Below the pieces are notes generated by a model. That model saw only the letters and a program-made list of their open reading frames with translations, did no database searches and was not told the origin of the DNA. Positions 55,065 through 64,000 of a stretch of 64,000 nt of DNA are shown piece after piece. How positions within the stretch are numbered: the first letter of the stretch is position 1; each line of letters opens with the position of its first letter. The position numbers and the translations under genes were made by a program. The DNA is from Candidatus Pacearchaeota archaeon (lineage in GTDB: Archaea; Nanobdellota; Nanobdellia; Pacearchaeales; GW2011-AR1), in NCBI GenBank assembly GCA_041660485.1, contig JBAZWF010000001.1, forward strand, positions 346,224-410,223, read 5' to 3'.

Positions 55065-55646
55065 TTAAGGCCTAAGCCATGAAATTTCATAATAGGTTAT
55101 GCTTCCTTCACTATCAACAACACCTACAAGCAAATTTTTCTTTGTTGAATGCGCAACACGATTTTTAGCTGAAAATTCATGCCATGTCAAATCCTGTGAC
55201 TCGCTAACTGCATAAAGTATCCACTTAGAATGTTCTTTTCCAGGCTTCTTACCTTTTTCATAAACTCTAAAATCTGCCCCAAATTTCAAAGCAGTTTTCA
55301 ATAAATAGCCTCTATTTCTTAAATCCTTATAAACTAAATATTTTACCTGTATTTTTTTATCAATTTGCTTACACTTTTCCATAAGCTGGCTAAAACTCAG
55401 TTTTTTTGTTTTTACAAATACTTCAATCTTTTTTCTATCAACTAAATACAAAGATTCAATTAAAGAATAATGAATTTTTCCATCAATATATTCTCCGAAT
55501 AAACTCTGACTGTATAAATCCTTTGCCCCCTGTGAACTACTTAAAATACTTTCTCCGCTAAAAATTGCTTTTATATTATTTTTCAGTTTGCCAGAATACA
55601 TTGAATTTCGAGCCTTATTTTGATTAAGTTTAGTTTGTTTTAGCAT
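55065..55646 (-). CDS. endA: tRNA-splicing (bulge-helix-bulge) endonuclease
   Basis: Catalytic-domain pattern YLVYKDLRNRGYLLKTALKFGADFRVYEKG...HSKWILYAV. Confidence 0.8.
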   Translation of the reverse strand: MLKQTKLNQNKARNSMYSGKLKNNIKAIFSGESILSSSQGAKDLYSQSLFGEYIDGKIHYSLIESLYLVDRKKIEVFVKTKKLSFSQLMEKCKQIDKKIQVKYLVYKDLRNRGYLLKTALKFGADFRVYEKGKKPGKEHSKWILYAVSESQDLTWHEFSAKNRVAHSTKKNLLVGVVDSEGSITYYEISWLRP

Positions 55647-55770
55647 GCCAGTAACAACAAAATAAATTATTTAAAGCTTTGGCAAACAAAACAAAAAACC
55701 AGATGTATGGGCTAATTAGTAGCCTAGAGAAAGATTTAAATATGAAAAATCGAACCTTAGATAATAGAAA

Positions 55771-55989
55771 ATGGGAAGAATAAAATCAACTCTAATTAAA
55801 AGAACAGCTAGAACTTTAGTTAAAGAAAACAGCGGGTTTAGTGGTAATTTTGACCATAATAAAAAAGTTCTCGAACAATATACTCTTCCAGATAAAGGAA
55901 CAAGAAACAAAGTAGCAGGTTATATCGTAAGAATCAAACGAGCAGGTAATGTACCTAAACCAAGAAAAGTTATAGCAAAAGATGAATAA
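55771..55989 (+). CDS. rps17e: ribosomal protein S17e
   Basis: N-terminal MGRIKSTLIKRTARTLV. Confidence 0.8.
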   Translation: MGRIKSTLIKRTARTLVKENSGFSGNFDHNKKVLEQYTLPDKGTRNKVAGYIVRIKRAGNVPKPRKVIAKDE

Positions 55990-56311
55990 AGAAGAAAAAA
56001 CAAGTAGAAAAGAAGGGGTTCAAAAAAAGAACACTAACCAGATTTTTATAGGCAATAAGCCATTTATGAAATATGTAATTGCTACAATAATGCAGCTTAA
56101 AGAAGAATCAAATAATTCTGCTACAGTTAAAGCAAGAGGTAAATTTATTTCAAGGGCAGTTGATGTTGCAGAAGTTGTTAAAAAGAAAGTCAAAGAAACA
56201 GATAAAATAGAATTAAAAGATAAAATAAAGATTAATACAGAAGGATTCATAAATGAAGAAGGGAGAAATATTAATATTTCAACGATTGAAATAAATCTTG
56301 CAAAGAAATAA
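55982..56311 (+). CDS. albA: Alba DNA/RNA-binding protein
   Basis: NQIFIGNKPFMKYV...VKARGKFISRAVDVAEVV pattern. Confidence 0.75.
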   Translation: MNKEEKTSRKEGVQKKNTNQIFIGNKPFMKYVIATIMQLKEESNNSATVKARGKFISRAVDVAEVVKKKVKETDKIELKDKIKINTEGFINEEGRNINISTIEINLAKK

Positions 56312-56524
56312 TTATTTCTTATTTAATTTTCTATTAATTTGTTTAACATTCTCTAAAATTTCTTTTAATAATTTATTTTTCTTTTGACTTACAACTAAAT
56401 TTATAATCCAAAAAATCAAATAAATACCTGCTAAACCAATAATTACCCCTACAGCTGCAACAAGAGTCTCAACACTTTGCTGCATACCTGAACTAACTAC
56501 ATTAGTTACATTTTGAATAGCCAT
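56312..56524 (-). CDS. small membrane protein
   Basis: 70 aa with one TM helix and a basic tail. Confidence 0.35.
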   Translation of the reverse strand: MAIQNVTNVVSSGMQQSVETLVAAVGVIIGLAGIYLIFWIINLVVSQKKNKLLKEILENVKQINRKLNKK

Positions 56525-56566
56525 ACAATAAATAAGAGTTAAGTGTTTAAAAATGTTTTTTAAAAA

Positions 56567-56639
56567 TGGCGCTTCCCAGATTTGAACTGGGGATCCCTAC
56601 CTTATGAGAGTAGTGCTTTAACCACTAAGCTAAAGCGCC
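56567..56639 (-). tRNA. tRNA-Met/Ile2(CAU), elongator type
   Basis: Acceptor stem GGCGCUU/AAGCGCC, anticodon loop CUCAUAA, T arm CCCAG-UUCAAAU-CUGGG. No initiator-type A1-U72 pair or GGG/CCC anticodon stem. Confidence 0.8.
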
Positions 56640-56679
56640 ATATAAATCTGAGGAAACTTCATTTAAAAGTCTTGTCCCC

Positions 56680-57027
56680 TTACCCAATAACTTTAATTTT
56701 ATCGCCTTTTTTTCTTGGAAGAACATGAATATGTGCATGCATAACAATTTGGTCAGCAGCTGAAAAATTATTAACAAGAACATTAAAACCTTCATATTTT
56801 TTCTTTAAAATAATCTGTCCAACCTCTTTTACAGCATCCATCATTTCTCTACCAAGAGTAGATGGCATATCCATTAAATTTGTATAATGTTTTTTAGAAA
56901 TAATTAAAGAATTTCCTTTAATATCTTGATTTTGATCTAATATTGCAAAAAAATTATCATTTTCAAAAATAAATTCCACAGGAATTTCCTTTTTTGCCAT
57001 CTTGCAAAATATACAATCTTCTACCAT
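56680..57027 (-). CDS. HIT family hydrolase
   Basis: Histidine triad HAHIHVLPR. Confidence 0.8.
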   Translation of the reverse strand: MVEDCIFCKMAKKEIPVEFIFENDNFFAILDQNQDIKGNSLIISKKHYTNLMDMPSTLGREMMDAVKEVGQIILKKKYEGFNVLVNNFSAADQIVMHAHIHVLPRKKGDKIKVIG

Positions 57028-57097
57028 AAATAATAAAGGAAAATAGAGTTTAAAAAAATATACTTATTAATATTTATTTAAAAATAACTTCAGATTT

Positions 57098-58441
57098 TTA
57101 ATATAAATAACCCCAAGTCTGTAATCTATCAGAATCACCAAGCCATTTTAAACCGATATCAGTCCTATAATACATATTCTGTAGAATTATATTTCCAAGT
57201 CTAGCATATGCCTGTCTTCTTGCTTCATCAACAGTTATTCCAGAGCCAGTAATAACAAGAACATATCCTGAATCCCCTGCAACTGCCCAAACATTATTTA
57301 CCAATTTAACATCTCCAAGATGAACTCCGTCTAAATTTGGTTTTCTAAAAAGTATTGAAAGGTCTGTATAAACAAAAGTCTCTTTTTTATCTTCATATGG
57401 AAATGGAGGAACAACTGCAACAACCCCTACTTGAAAGCCTCTTTTTGTTTTTAATTCAGCATTTTCTTTATTAGCAATTTTATACAAAAATTCTCCCCAT
57501 TCAGAAATAACTCCTTCCATTTGAATACTTATAGTTGGATATCCAAATCTTGCAGTAAACTCCAAAGGATATACTCCTCTAGCATTTGCAATACAATTAA
57601 TATCAAAATAACCTACATAACCTGATTTAATTAATTCATCTTTAATTTTTAAAAGAGTAAGATTAAATATTTCATTTGGAGGAGACCAATACATCAAAGT
57701 ACCCATTTCACCTGTATATGGTCCAATGTCTCCTGGAAATAATTTTTTATGTTCAAAATTAACATTGATTGGATAAATAAAATCATTTCCATTAAAAAAA
57801 GCTCCAACAGCTACTTCAACACCATCTGCCATCTTTTGTAATTGGAATTTTTTAATTTTTTTAGCCCAAGTTTCTTTATTTTGTTCTAAAATTTCTATTA
57901 AATCAATACCATCTTCTTCTTGCCCTAAAAATAAAATTCCTTTTTGATCAGAGGGTGTATTCCCAGAAGGTTTGAAAACATATCTTCCCGGATTACTTTT
58001 AATAAATTCAACAGCTGAATCAAAATCTGTAAAATCCCAATGAGGTAATACTAACATACCAACTCTTTTCATTTCATTTTGCCCAAATTCCCTATCTTCT
58101 TCCAGTCTATCAGTATATAAACTGCCCCCAACAACTAATTTTCCTTTTTTACGAAGAGAATCTGCTTCTTTTCCAAATCCAATATCATCAAAAACAACAA
58201 CATCAGCCCAATCAACAAAATCTTTCCAATTATCTATTTTTTCTAAAAATCCATCATAAACTTCTTTATCTTCTTCTCTTTCAATATAACATTTAACTTC
58301 GTTTCCTTCTTTTTTTATTTGCAAAGCTAAATCTCCGCTTAAACTTTCAAATGAAACAAATAAAAATTTCTTTGGAGAAAAAGGAATTTTATTCTTATTA
58401 CCGTTCCCGTTCTTTACATGATTATTTTCTTGTTCTGACAT
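57098..58441 (-). CDS. PurD-like ATP-grasp protein (phosphoribosylamine-glycine ligase family, divergent)
   Basis: The C-terminal GYVLVITGSG.TVDEARRQAY....I....YYRTDIG resembles the PurD C-domain. The canonical GGREHA N-terminal motif is missing. Confidence 0.5.
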   Translation of the reverse strand: MSEQENNHVKNGNGNKNKIPFSPKKFLFVSFESLSGDLALQIKKEGNEVKCYIEREEDKEVYDGFLEKIDNWKDFVDWADVVVFDDIGFGKEADSLRKKGKLVVGGSLYTDRLEEDREFGQNEMKRVGMLVLPHWDFTDFDSAVEFIKSNPGRYVFKPSGNTPSDQKGILFLGQEEDGIDLIEILEQNKETWAKKIKKFQLQKMADGVEVAVGAFFNGNDFIYPINVNFEHKKLFPGDIGPYTGEMGTLMYWSPPNEIFNLTLLKIKDELIKSGYVGYFDINCIANARGVYPLEFTARFGYPTISIQMEGVISEWGEFLYKIANKENAELKTKRGFQVGVVAVVPPFPYEDKKETFVYTDLSILFRKPNLDGVHLGDVKLVNNVWAVAGDSGYVLVITGSGITVDEARRQAYARLGNIILQNMYYRTDIGLKWLGDSDRLQTWGYLY

Positions 58442-58647
58442 TCTTAATAATTATTTTTTATAAAAAATATTTTTATAAAATCTTTCTATTAAAAATAATA
58501 AAATTTAAATATTTAAATGTATCTAATTTTTAAAAAATAAAATAAAAAATTAAATTCATTGAATAGTAATTAAAAAATAAATAATATAATATTATCCGTC
58601 GATAAAATAGAAAAATTAATAAAAATTATTGAAAAAATAAAAAATTA

Positions 58648-60315
58648 TTAATTTTCTTTAACCCTTGTTTCAACTTTTTTTCCAAGATTAATCAAATTTT
58701 CTCCTTTGATAACTTTTTTTACAATTTCTTTTAATTCAGATATTTTTATTCTAACTTGTTGAGTTGTATCTCTATCTCTTATAGTAACAGTTTTATTTGA
58801 CATACTTTCTTCATCAATTGTTATGCACATAGGAGTTCCAATCTCATCATTTCTTGCATATCTTCTTCCAATACTTCCAGATTTATCATAAACCACATTA
58901 AAATCTTCCCTTAAATTATCAACTATACTCTGTGCAATTTTTTCATATTCTGGAGTTTTAACAATTGGAAAAACAGCAGCTTTAACAGGAGCAATTTTAG
59001 CAGGAATCTTTAAAACAACATAATCTCTTTTATCGTCGTAAAAATAAGCTTTTGTCAAAACAGCTAAAAATGCTCTTTCCATTCCAAATGTTGGTTCAAT
59101 AACTCTCGGAACAACCTTTTTCTTATACTTTTCATCAAATATTTCCATGCTTTCCTTGCTTTCTTTTTGATGCTGTGTTAAATCATATTGTCCCCTATTA
59201 GCAATTCCTCCAACTTCTTTAGAACCAAAACCATACATATAATCTAAATCAAAAGTTGCAGAAGAATAATGTGAAAGCTCATCTTTGGTATGTTCTCGAA
59301 TTTTTATTTCATTTAATCCTAAACTATAAAACCACATAACCTGTTCAGCAAGCCAATAAGCATGCCATTCATCTAATTTTCCTTTTTGCAAAAGTTCATG
59401 AATAGTTGTAATTTTTAATTCTTCACTTCCTGCTTTCTGGGTTTCTGCATCAAGAAAATTAATCTGTAAATTCAAATGCATATCTTCAAGCAAGTCACAT
59501 TTAAATTCTTCAGGATTAATAAAAAATTCAAATTCAGCAATATTAAATTCTCTGCTTCTAAATAAAAAGTCTCTTGGTGCAATTTCATTTCTAAAACATC
59601 TTCCAACCTGTGCAATTCCAAATGGCAGTTGCATTCTTGATGTCTGTTGAATCAATTTAAAATCCATAAACATTCCCTGAGCAGTTTCTCCCCTAAGATA
59701 AGCTTCCATCGGATTTAAAGCTCCAATTGAAGTCTTAAACATTAAATTAAATTCTCCTTTAACTTCATATTCTCCCCCACATTCACATTTAACTTTTCCA
59801 ACTTCACTTTTATCTATTTTATTTGCTTTACCACAAACCTTACAAACAACAGACATATCACTAAAACTTGCAATATGCCCGCTTGCTTTCCAAGTTCTAG
59901 GATGACTAATAATACTTGCTTCCATCCCTACCATATTTTCTCTCTTTTTCACAAAAAAATTCCACCAATCTGATTTAATATTATTAAAAAGCTCAACTCC
60001 TAAAGGCCCAAAATCCCAAAAACCAGCCAAACCCCCATAAATATCAGAACTTCTAAAAACAAATCCTTTTGCCTTGCAAAAATTAGAAAGCTCTTCAATA
60101 TTTAATTCATTTTTATTTTCCATAATTCCAATCTGACTTGTATGCTTTAAATCTTTTTCTACACTTGATTTTAATTCATTAAGCTTTTTTTCAGCTTCTT
60201 CATGAGTCTTACCTCCATAAGCAAGAGTTTTAGATTTAATTTTATCTCCTTCACGAGAACTTTCTCTGATATAATAATACTCTTTCCCAGATATTATCTT
60301 TTTAACAATAAACAT
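58648..60315 (-). CDS. glyS: glycyl-tRNA synthetase (archaeal/eukaryotic type) with a 64-aa N-terminal extension
   Basis: KGFVFRSSDIYGGLAGFWDFGPLG and class II motifs. The canonical start would be M65 (MENKNE..., at 60123). Confidence 0.85.
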   Translation of the reverse strand: MFIVKKIISGKEYYYIRESSREGDKIKSKTLAYGGKTHEEAEKKLNELKSSVEKDLKHTSQIGIMENKNELNIEELSNFCKAKGFVFRSSDIYGGLAGFWDFGPLGVELFNNIKSDWWNFFVKKRENMVGMEASIISHPRTWKASGHIASFSDMSVVCKVCGKANKIDKSEVGKVKCECGGEYEVKGEFNLMFKTSIGALNPMEAYLRGETAQGMFMDFKLIQQTSRMQLPFGIAQVGRCFRNEIAPRDFLFRSREFNIAEFEFFINPEEFKCDLLEDMHLNLQINFLDAETQKAGSEELKITTIHELLQKGKLDEWHAYWLAEQVMWFYSLGLNEIKIREHTKDELSHYSSATFDLDYMYGFGSKEVGGIANRGQYDLTQHQKESKESMEIFDEKYKKKVVPRVIEPTFGMERAFLAVLTKAYFYDDKRDYVVLKIPAKIAPVKAAVFPIVKTPEYEKIAQSIVDNLREDFNVVYDKSGSIGRRYARNDEIGTPMCITIDEESMSNKTVTIRDRDTTQQVRIKISELKEIVKKVIKGENLINLGKKVETRVKEN

Positions 60316-60348
60316 ATATTAGGTACTACAACCATATACTTAAATTTT

Positions 60349-60569
60349 TCTTTATTACTTTTTAAGTTAAATACTCTGTAGCTTGCTGTGACTCAAAAAG
60401 TCATTAGAGAAATTCTGTCTCAAACTTTGTAAATATCCTAAGATTTAGAATTTATCTTTATTACTTTTTGAGTTAAATACTCTGTAGCTTGCTATATCTC
60501 AAAAAGTCATTAGAGAAATTCTGTCTCAAACTTTGTAAATATCTTAAAATTTAGAATTTATCTTTATTA
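60349..60569. repeat. 106-bp tandem repeat, two full copies plus 9 nt
   Basis: Copies at 60349-60454 and 60455-60560, then a 9-nt partial copy at 60561-60569. I counted 7 mismatches between the full copies. Each copy holds a 10-bp inverted repeat, ACTTTTTGAG / CTCAAAAAGT. Confidence 0.8.
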
Positions 60570-63500
60570 ACTAGATATAGAACTCGACTTAACCTTAAAT
60601 CCATAGCTTTTATTTGAATTCTGTTGCTTTAACTTTCTTATTCTATAGATCATAAATGCTAAAAATACCAAAAATACCACAATAATTACAAAACTAACAA
60701 AGGTATCTGTTCCTTCCTTTGTTGAAAATATTGCAAGCCCGCTTATAGGAGAACTAAGTATAACATTTTCCTGCACAAATGTAGAATAAGAAGCAGAATT
60801 AAGATTAATAAGAAGATTAAAATTACCTTTTAAATTTTTGTCAATTGGAATAATAGTTTCAAAAGAATTTTTTTCATTAGGATTAAGCACTTTAGTTTCA
60901 GTTATTTCAGCAACCTTACTATCTTCACTATCAAATAATAAGAATTGTATATCAACATCCTGACTAATTCCAGAAAGCTCTTCAACATAATATTTTACAC
61001 TTAAATGAGTTTCATCAATTCTTTCTGCTTTAATAATACTAAACTGAAGTTTTTTCTCAACAATTTCAACATCCATTTTCGTTGAAGAAGTAGATTCAGA
61101 GCATTCAACAGCTAATGAAACTTGATTATTTCCTGGTTTTGCATCTTCAGGAACATTTAACTCAAATGCAAACTCTCCTTCTTCTCCAGCACCAAGTTTT
61201 ATAACTCCATTTGATGAAATCCAAGAAGTATAATCTCCAGTTCCAATTAATTTACAGGTATTCAAAAATCTCGTTCCAATATTTTTAACATTAACTACAA
61301 TTTTTTTAGTTTCTCCAGGATTTGCAATTAAACTAGAAATTGAACTAAACTCAATTTTTCCACTTCCAGTAGTATAATTACTCGCTGTTCCACTACTACT
61401 TCCTCCGCCAGATCCGCCTCCGCTACTTCCTCCCGGACCAATAACCCCTGTTCCAGAAGATTGTGTTGTAAACTGATAAGGATTAAACGGCTCTTGGGGC
61501 TCTTGTGAACAACTTGAATCAGTGCAACTTATAATTCTATAAAAATAACTTGTACTTGCACTTAATCCTGTTAATGTAACAGAATGATGTGTTACACTAT
61601 CATTAATACTTACAACCTGCCCAAGAGAAGTAGAAACCCCATAATATACACTTGAATTTGAAGCAGTATTAGTATCCCAACTAATTATTGCAGAAGAACT
61701 TGAAGGTGTTCCTGAACTCAAATTAAATATAAGTGGAAGAGAAAATTCTGTCCACCTAATTGAAAAATTTAATAAATCAATAGCTGTCAAAGAATTTTTT
61801 TCAACATCTATCATTAAAGAAAGATTATTTGAATTTAATCCAGAAATTGTAGTTCCATTTACAATATAATTTCCAAGAGAATCTAAATTAATCCAAGAAC
61901 CGTTTCCAAAACGATATTTTAATACAAATGGTGTTCTCTGCCCATCTCCTTTTGCATTTGCAGTATTATTTTCAGTCCAATCAATTGTAAAACTAGTAAT
62001 ATTATTTAAAGTTATAATTGGCTGAAAAACAAAATTTCCAAATAAACTAGTTGAATTAATATGCATTGCACTATTATTCCAGAATACATTGCTAGTTGAT
62101 AAAATTGAAGAATTATCAATAAAATCATCATAAATTGATTTATTAAATCTAAGTTCAATATTTACTTCATTAATTTTTACAATATTATCGCTATTATTTG
62201 CAAAAATATTTACCTTATTATTTCCTTCATTAATTCTTGTAAATCCATAATATGAAGAACAGCCAGGGCATAAAGTCATATTTGCTCCATTATTAATATT
62301 ATACCATAATGAAGTTTGCATATTTAAGGTTACATTTATTTCAGGAGTATAATCAGAGATTACTGAATTATTTTCAGGCAAATTAACATTGATAACAACC
62401 GGTGTTGCAATCTTTGTTACCCATATGGGATTACTCCAGATTTTTTTATTATTTGAATCAATTCCTTCTAATCTATAATATCCTGATAAAGAAATATTTT
62501 CAGAATAACTAAATGAACAATTTTGTGCTGTTGGACAATCGGTTTTAATACTTATATTATTTCCATCTTTAATTAAAGTAATATTCTGAACTTTAAATGT
62601 TGAATTTGTTGCTGAAATTGTTGCATTGACACTTATAGAAGAACAATTTGCACTCTGTCCCATATGATAACTATCTGTTCCATCGCAAATAAGTGTGAAT
62701 GGTCCGCCATCCATGCTCGGTCCTTGTGAAGCATAAAAATATCCTGTCTTCATAGAATCAATATAAGCTTGTTGTGTAAATTCAGACATATACACTTTTG
62801 TCCATCCATAACCTAAATCAATATTAACTTGATGCATATCATCTGAAGCAACCCCAAATATTTTCTTTCCAGTTTTTAAAACTGCATCCCATTTATCAAT
62901 TGCATACGGATCAGGTGTTAATCTTTCAATAACTTTATTATAAATTTCCATCGCAGTATAGTTTTGCAACGAAGTTAACTCACTAACACTCCAGATAGTT
63001 GAACTCCAATTAGGATGAGCAGCAATAGAAAATCCTCCACCATCATTTGCAGCATTAACTGCATTTTGTAAATTAATTGCATTATTATTATAAGGAGCTG
63101 TAACATTTACTCTTACAACATGTTTTGTAGAAGTCCATTCTTCTGAATTAACACAAAGAAAATTTGCACTTAAATTAGTAAAAGGAGTGCAATTAGTAAC
63201 AAAGCCATGATCTGTAATTGTTAAAATATTATATCCTAAATTTCTATATAAACCAACAACAACACTTGGAGAACTATCTCCGTCTGAATTAGTAGTATGC
63301 ATATGAGTATTTGCTTTTGCCCAAAAAGGAGTATATGGAGTTATTATATTAACAGAAATATTTCTTTCTAAGCTTAAAGCAGAATTAACTCCATCAGAAC
63401 AATTTACTTTCCAAGTATAATTTCCATTTGATAAAGAATAAGAAATAGAAGTATTTATTCCAGTAATAACAGAAGAATTTACAGCAACTCCAACACTATT

Positions 63501-64000
63501 AACTAATAAACTGCAATTTAAAGAAGTTGCACGATTATCAGTTGCATTAAAAACAAAATTAATTAATGAACTTGAATTTTCAAGATAATTGTTTATTGGG
63601 GAAATTAAATCAACCTGAGGATTTGCAATATCTCCAATAATCGTCCTATTAGAATTAGCAAAAGTGCAGTTTCCATTAACATTACAAGCAAAACAATTCC
63701 ATTTAATTGTAGAAGTAATTTCACTTAATGTAAAAGTTGTTGTATTTGATGTTCCTGAAATTGTTCTTGTAGGTTCACTAGGCATCCAACCAAATTTATC
63801 ATAATATAAAGTCACATTTTCAAGTTGAGCACTTGAAGATGCAGAACAAGTTACATTAATATTGTATTCATTTGTTAAATAATTATCAGCCGGATTATCA
63901 AGCGAAACAGATAAATCTGCAATTAAATCATAATTTATAGTGATATTATATAATTTAAGTAAAGTATTTTCAAAATAAGCTTTATATTGTAAGTATCTTG
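60567..64000 (-). CDS. very large surface protein with a PHP-family metallohydrolase domain, Ig/FN3-like repeats and a C-terminal TM anchor; 5' partial
   Basis: I translated 63816-63998 by hand in the same frame and found no stop, so the ORF runs off the window. PHP motifs ANTHMHTTNSDGD and ITDHG. FN3-like SWDT...YYRI. G/S linker. C-terminal TM helix followed by basic residues. Confidence 0.7.
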   Translation of the reverse strand, partial: RYLQYKAYFENTLLKLYNITINYDLIADLSVSLDNPADNYLTNEYNINVTCSASSSAQLENVTLYYDKFGWMPSEPTRTISGTSNTTTFTLSEITSTIKWNCFACNVNGNCTFANSNRTIIGDIANPQVDLISPINNYLENSSSLINFVFNATDNRATSLNCSLLVNSVGVAVNSSVITGINTSISYSLSNGNYTWKVNCSDGVNSALSLERNISVNIITPYTPFWAKANTHMHTTNSDGDSSPSVVVGLYRNLGYNILTITDHGFVTNCTPFTNLSANFLCVNSEEWTSTKHVVRVNVTAPYNNNAINLQNAVNAANDGGGFSIAAHPNWSSTIWSVSELTSLQNYTAMEIYNKVIERLTPDPYAIDKWDAVLKTGKKIFGVASDDMHQVNIDLGYGWTKVYMSEFTQQAYIDSMKTGYFYASQGPSMDGGPFTLICDGTDSYHMGQSANCSSISVNATISATNSTFKVQNITLIKDGNNISIKTDCPTAQNCSFSYSENISLSGYYRLEGIDSNNKKIWSNPIWVTKIATPVVINVNLPENNSVISDYTPEINVTLNMQTSLWYNINNGANMTLCPGCSSYYGFTRINEGNNKVNIFANNSDNIVKINEVNIELRFNKSIYDDFIDNSSILSTSNVFWNNSAMHINSTSLFGNFVFQPIITLNNITSFTIDWTENNTANAKGDGQRTPFVLKYRFGNGSWINLDSLGNYIVNGTTISGLNSNNLSLMIDVEKNSLTAIDLLNFSIRWTEFSLPLIFNLSSGTPSSSSAIISWDTNTASNSSVYYGVSTSLGQVVSINDSVTHHSVTLTGLSASTSYFYRIISCTDSSCSQEPQEPFNPYQFTTQSSGTGVIGPGGSSGGGSGGGSSSGTASNYTTGSGKIEFSSISSLIANPGETKKIVVNVKNIGTRFLNTCKLIGTGDYTSWISSNGVIKLGAGEEGEFAFELNVPEDAKPGNNQVSLAVECSESTSSTKMDVEIVEKKLQFSIIKAERIDETHLSVKYYVEELSGISQDVDIQFLLFDSEDSKVAEITETKVLNPNEKNSFETIIPIDKNLKGNFNLLINLNSASYSTFVQENVILSSPISGLAIFSTKEGTDTFVSFVIIVVFLVFLAFMIYRIRKLKQQNSNKSYGFKVKSSSISS

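Noticed and set aside
58442-58647. An almost pure A/T 200-bp spacer between the purD-like gene and glyS, and the 267-bp spacer between the RPA-like gene and mcm (18895-19161), considered as replication origins.
   Set aside because: I could not find repeated origin-recognition-box-like elements or an adjacent orc1/cdc6 gene. AT-richness alone is uninformative in this genome.
60349-60569. Considered whether the 106-bp tandem repeat, or the box-and-hairpin array at 40417-40850, could be CRISPR arrays.
   Set aside because: There is no alternation of short identical repeats with unique spacers of similar length, and no cas genes in the window.

Overview
AT-rich, gene-dense contig that is clearly archaeal. 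It encodes MCM, TBP, TFE, aRF1, aIF-1A, aIF-2beta, an ATP-dependent DNA ligase, an Nre-family protein, Alba, L15e, S17e and the tRNA-splicing endonuclease EndA. It also carries six aminoacyl-tRNA synthetases (Val, Met, Pro, Ala, Leu, Gly), GatB and four tRNA genes. Metabolic genes are few and small hypothetical or membrane proteins are many, so I infer a DPANN-like small-genome archaeon; I cannot confirm this without a database. No rRNA genes or CRISPR arrays were seen. The main finding is tRNA-Asn(GUU) at 8014-8585. It is interrupted in the anticodon loop by a 499-nt intron whose helices P1-P10 can all be traced by eye. Its core strings match what I recall of bacterial IC3 group I tRNA introns, and it carries an HNH endonuclease ORF. 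This is unexpected in an archaeon that also encodes the protein enzyme (EndA) for bulge-helix-bulge (BHB) introns. Just downstream, two more copies of the tRNA 3' terminus delimit two single-ORF cassettes, which looks like an att-site pattern. A second tRNA, Arg(UCG), is followed by a 109-nt perfect four-way-junction element built from a 21-nt exact copy of the tRNA 3' end. Other observations: recurring intergenic box-plus-hairpin modules in a 610-bp noncoding stretch (40290-40900) and upstream of alaS; two genes that end TAG-CGCAGGG inside related structured elements; a 106-bp tandem repeat; a very large PHP-domain surface protein that runs off the window; divergent PurF-like (Cys1 replaced by Ser) and PurD-like genes; and a RelE/RHH pair bracketed by paralogs.
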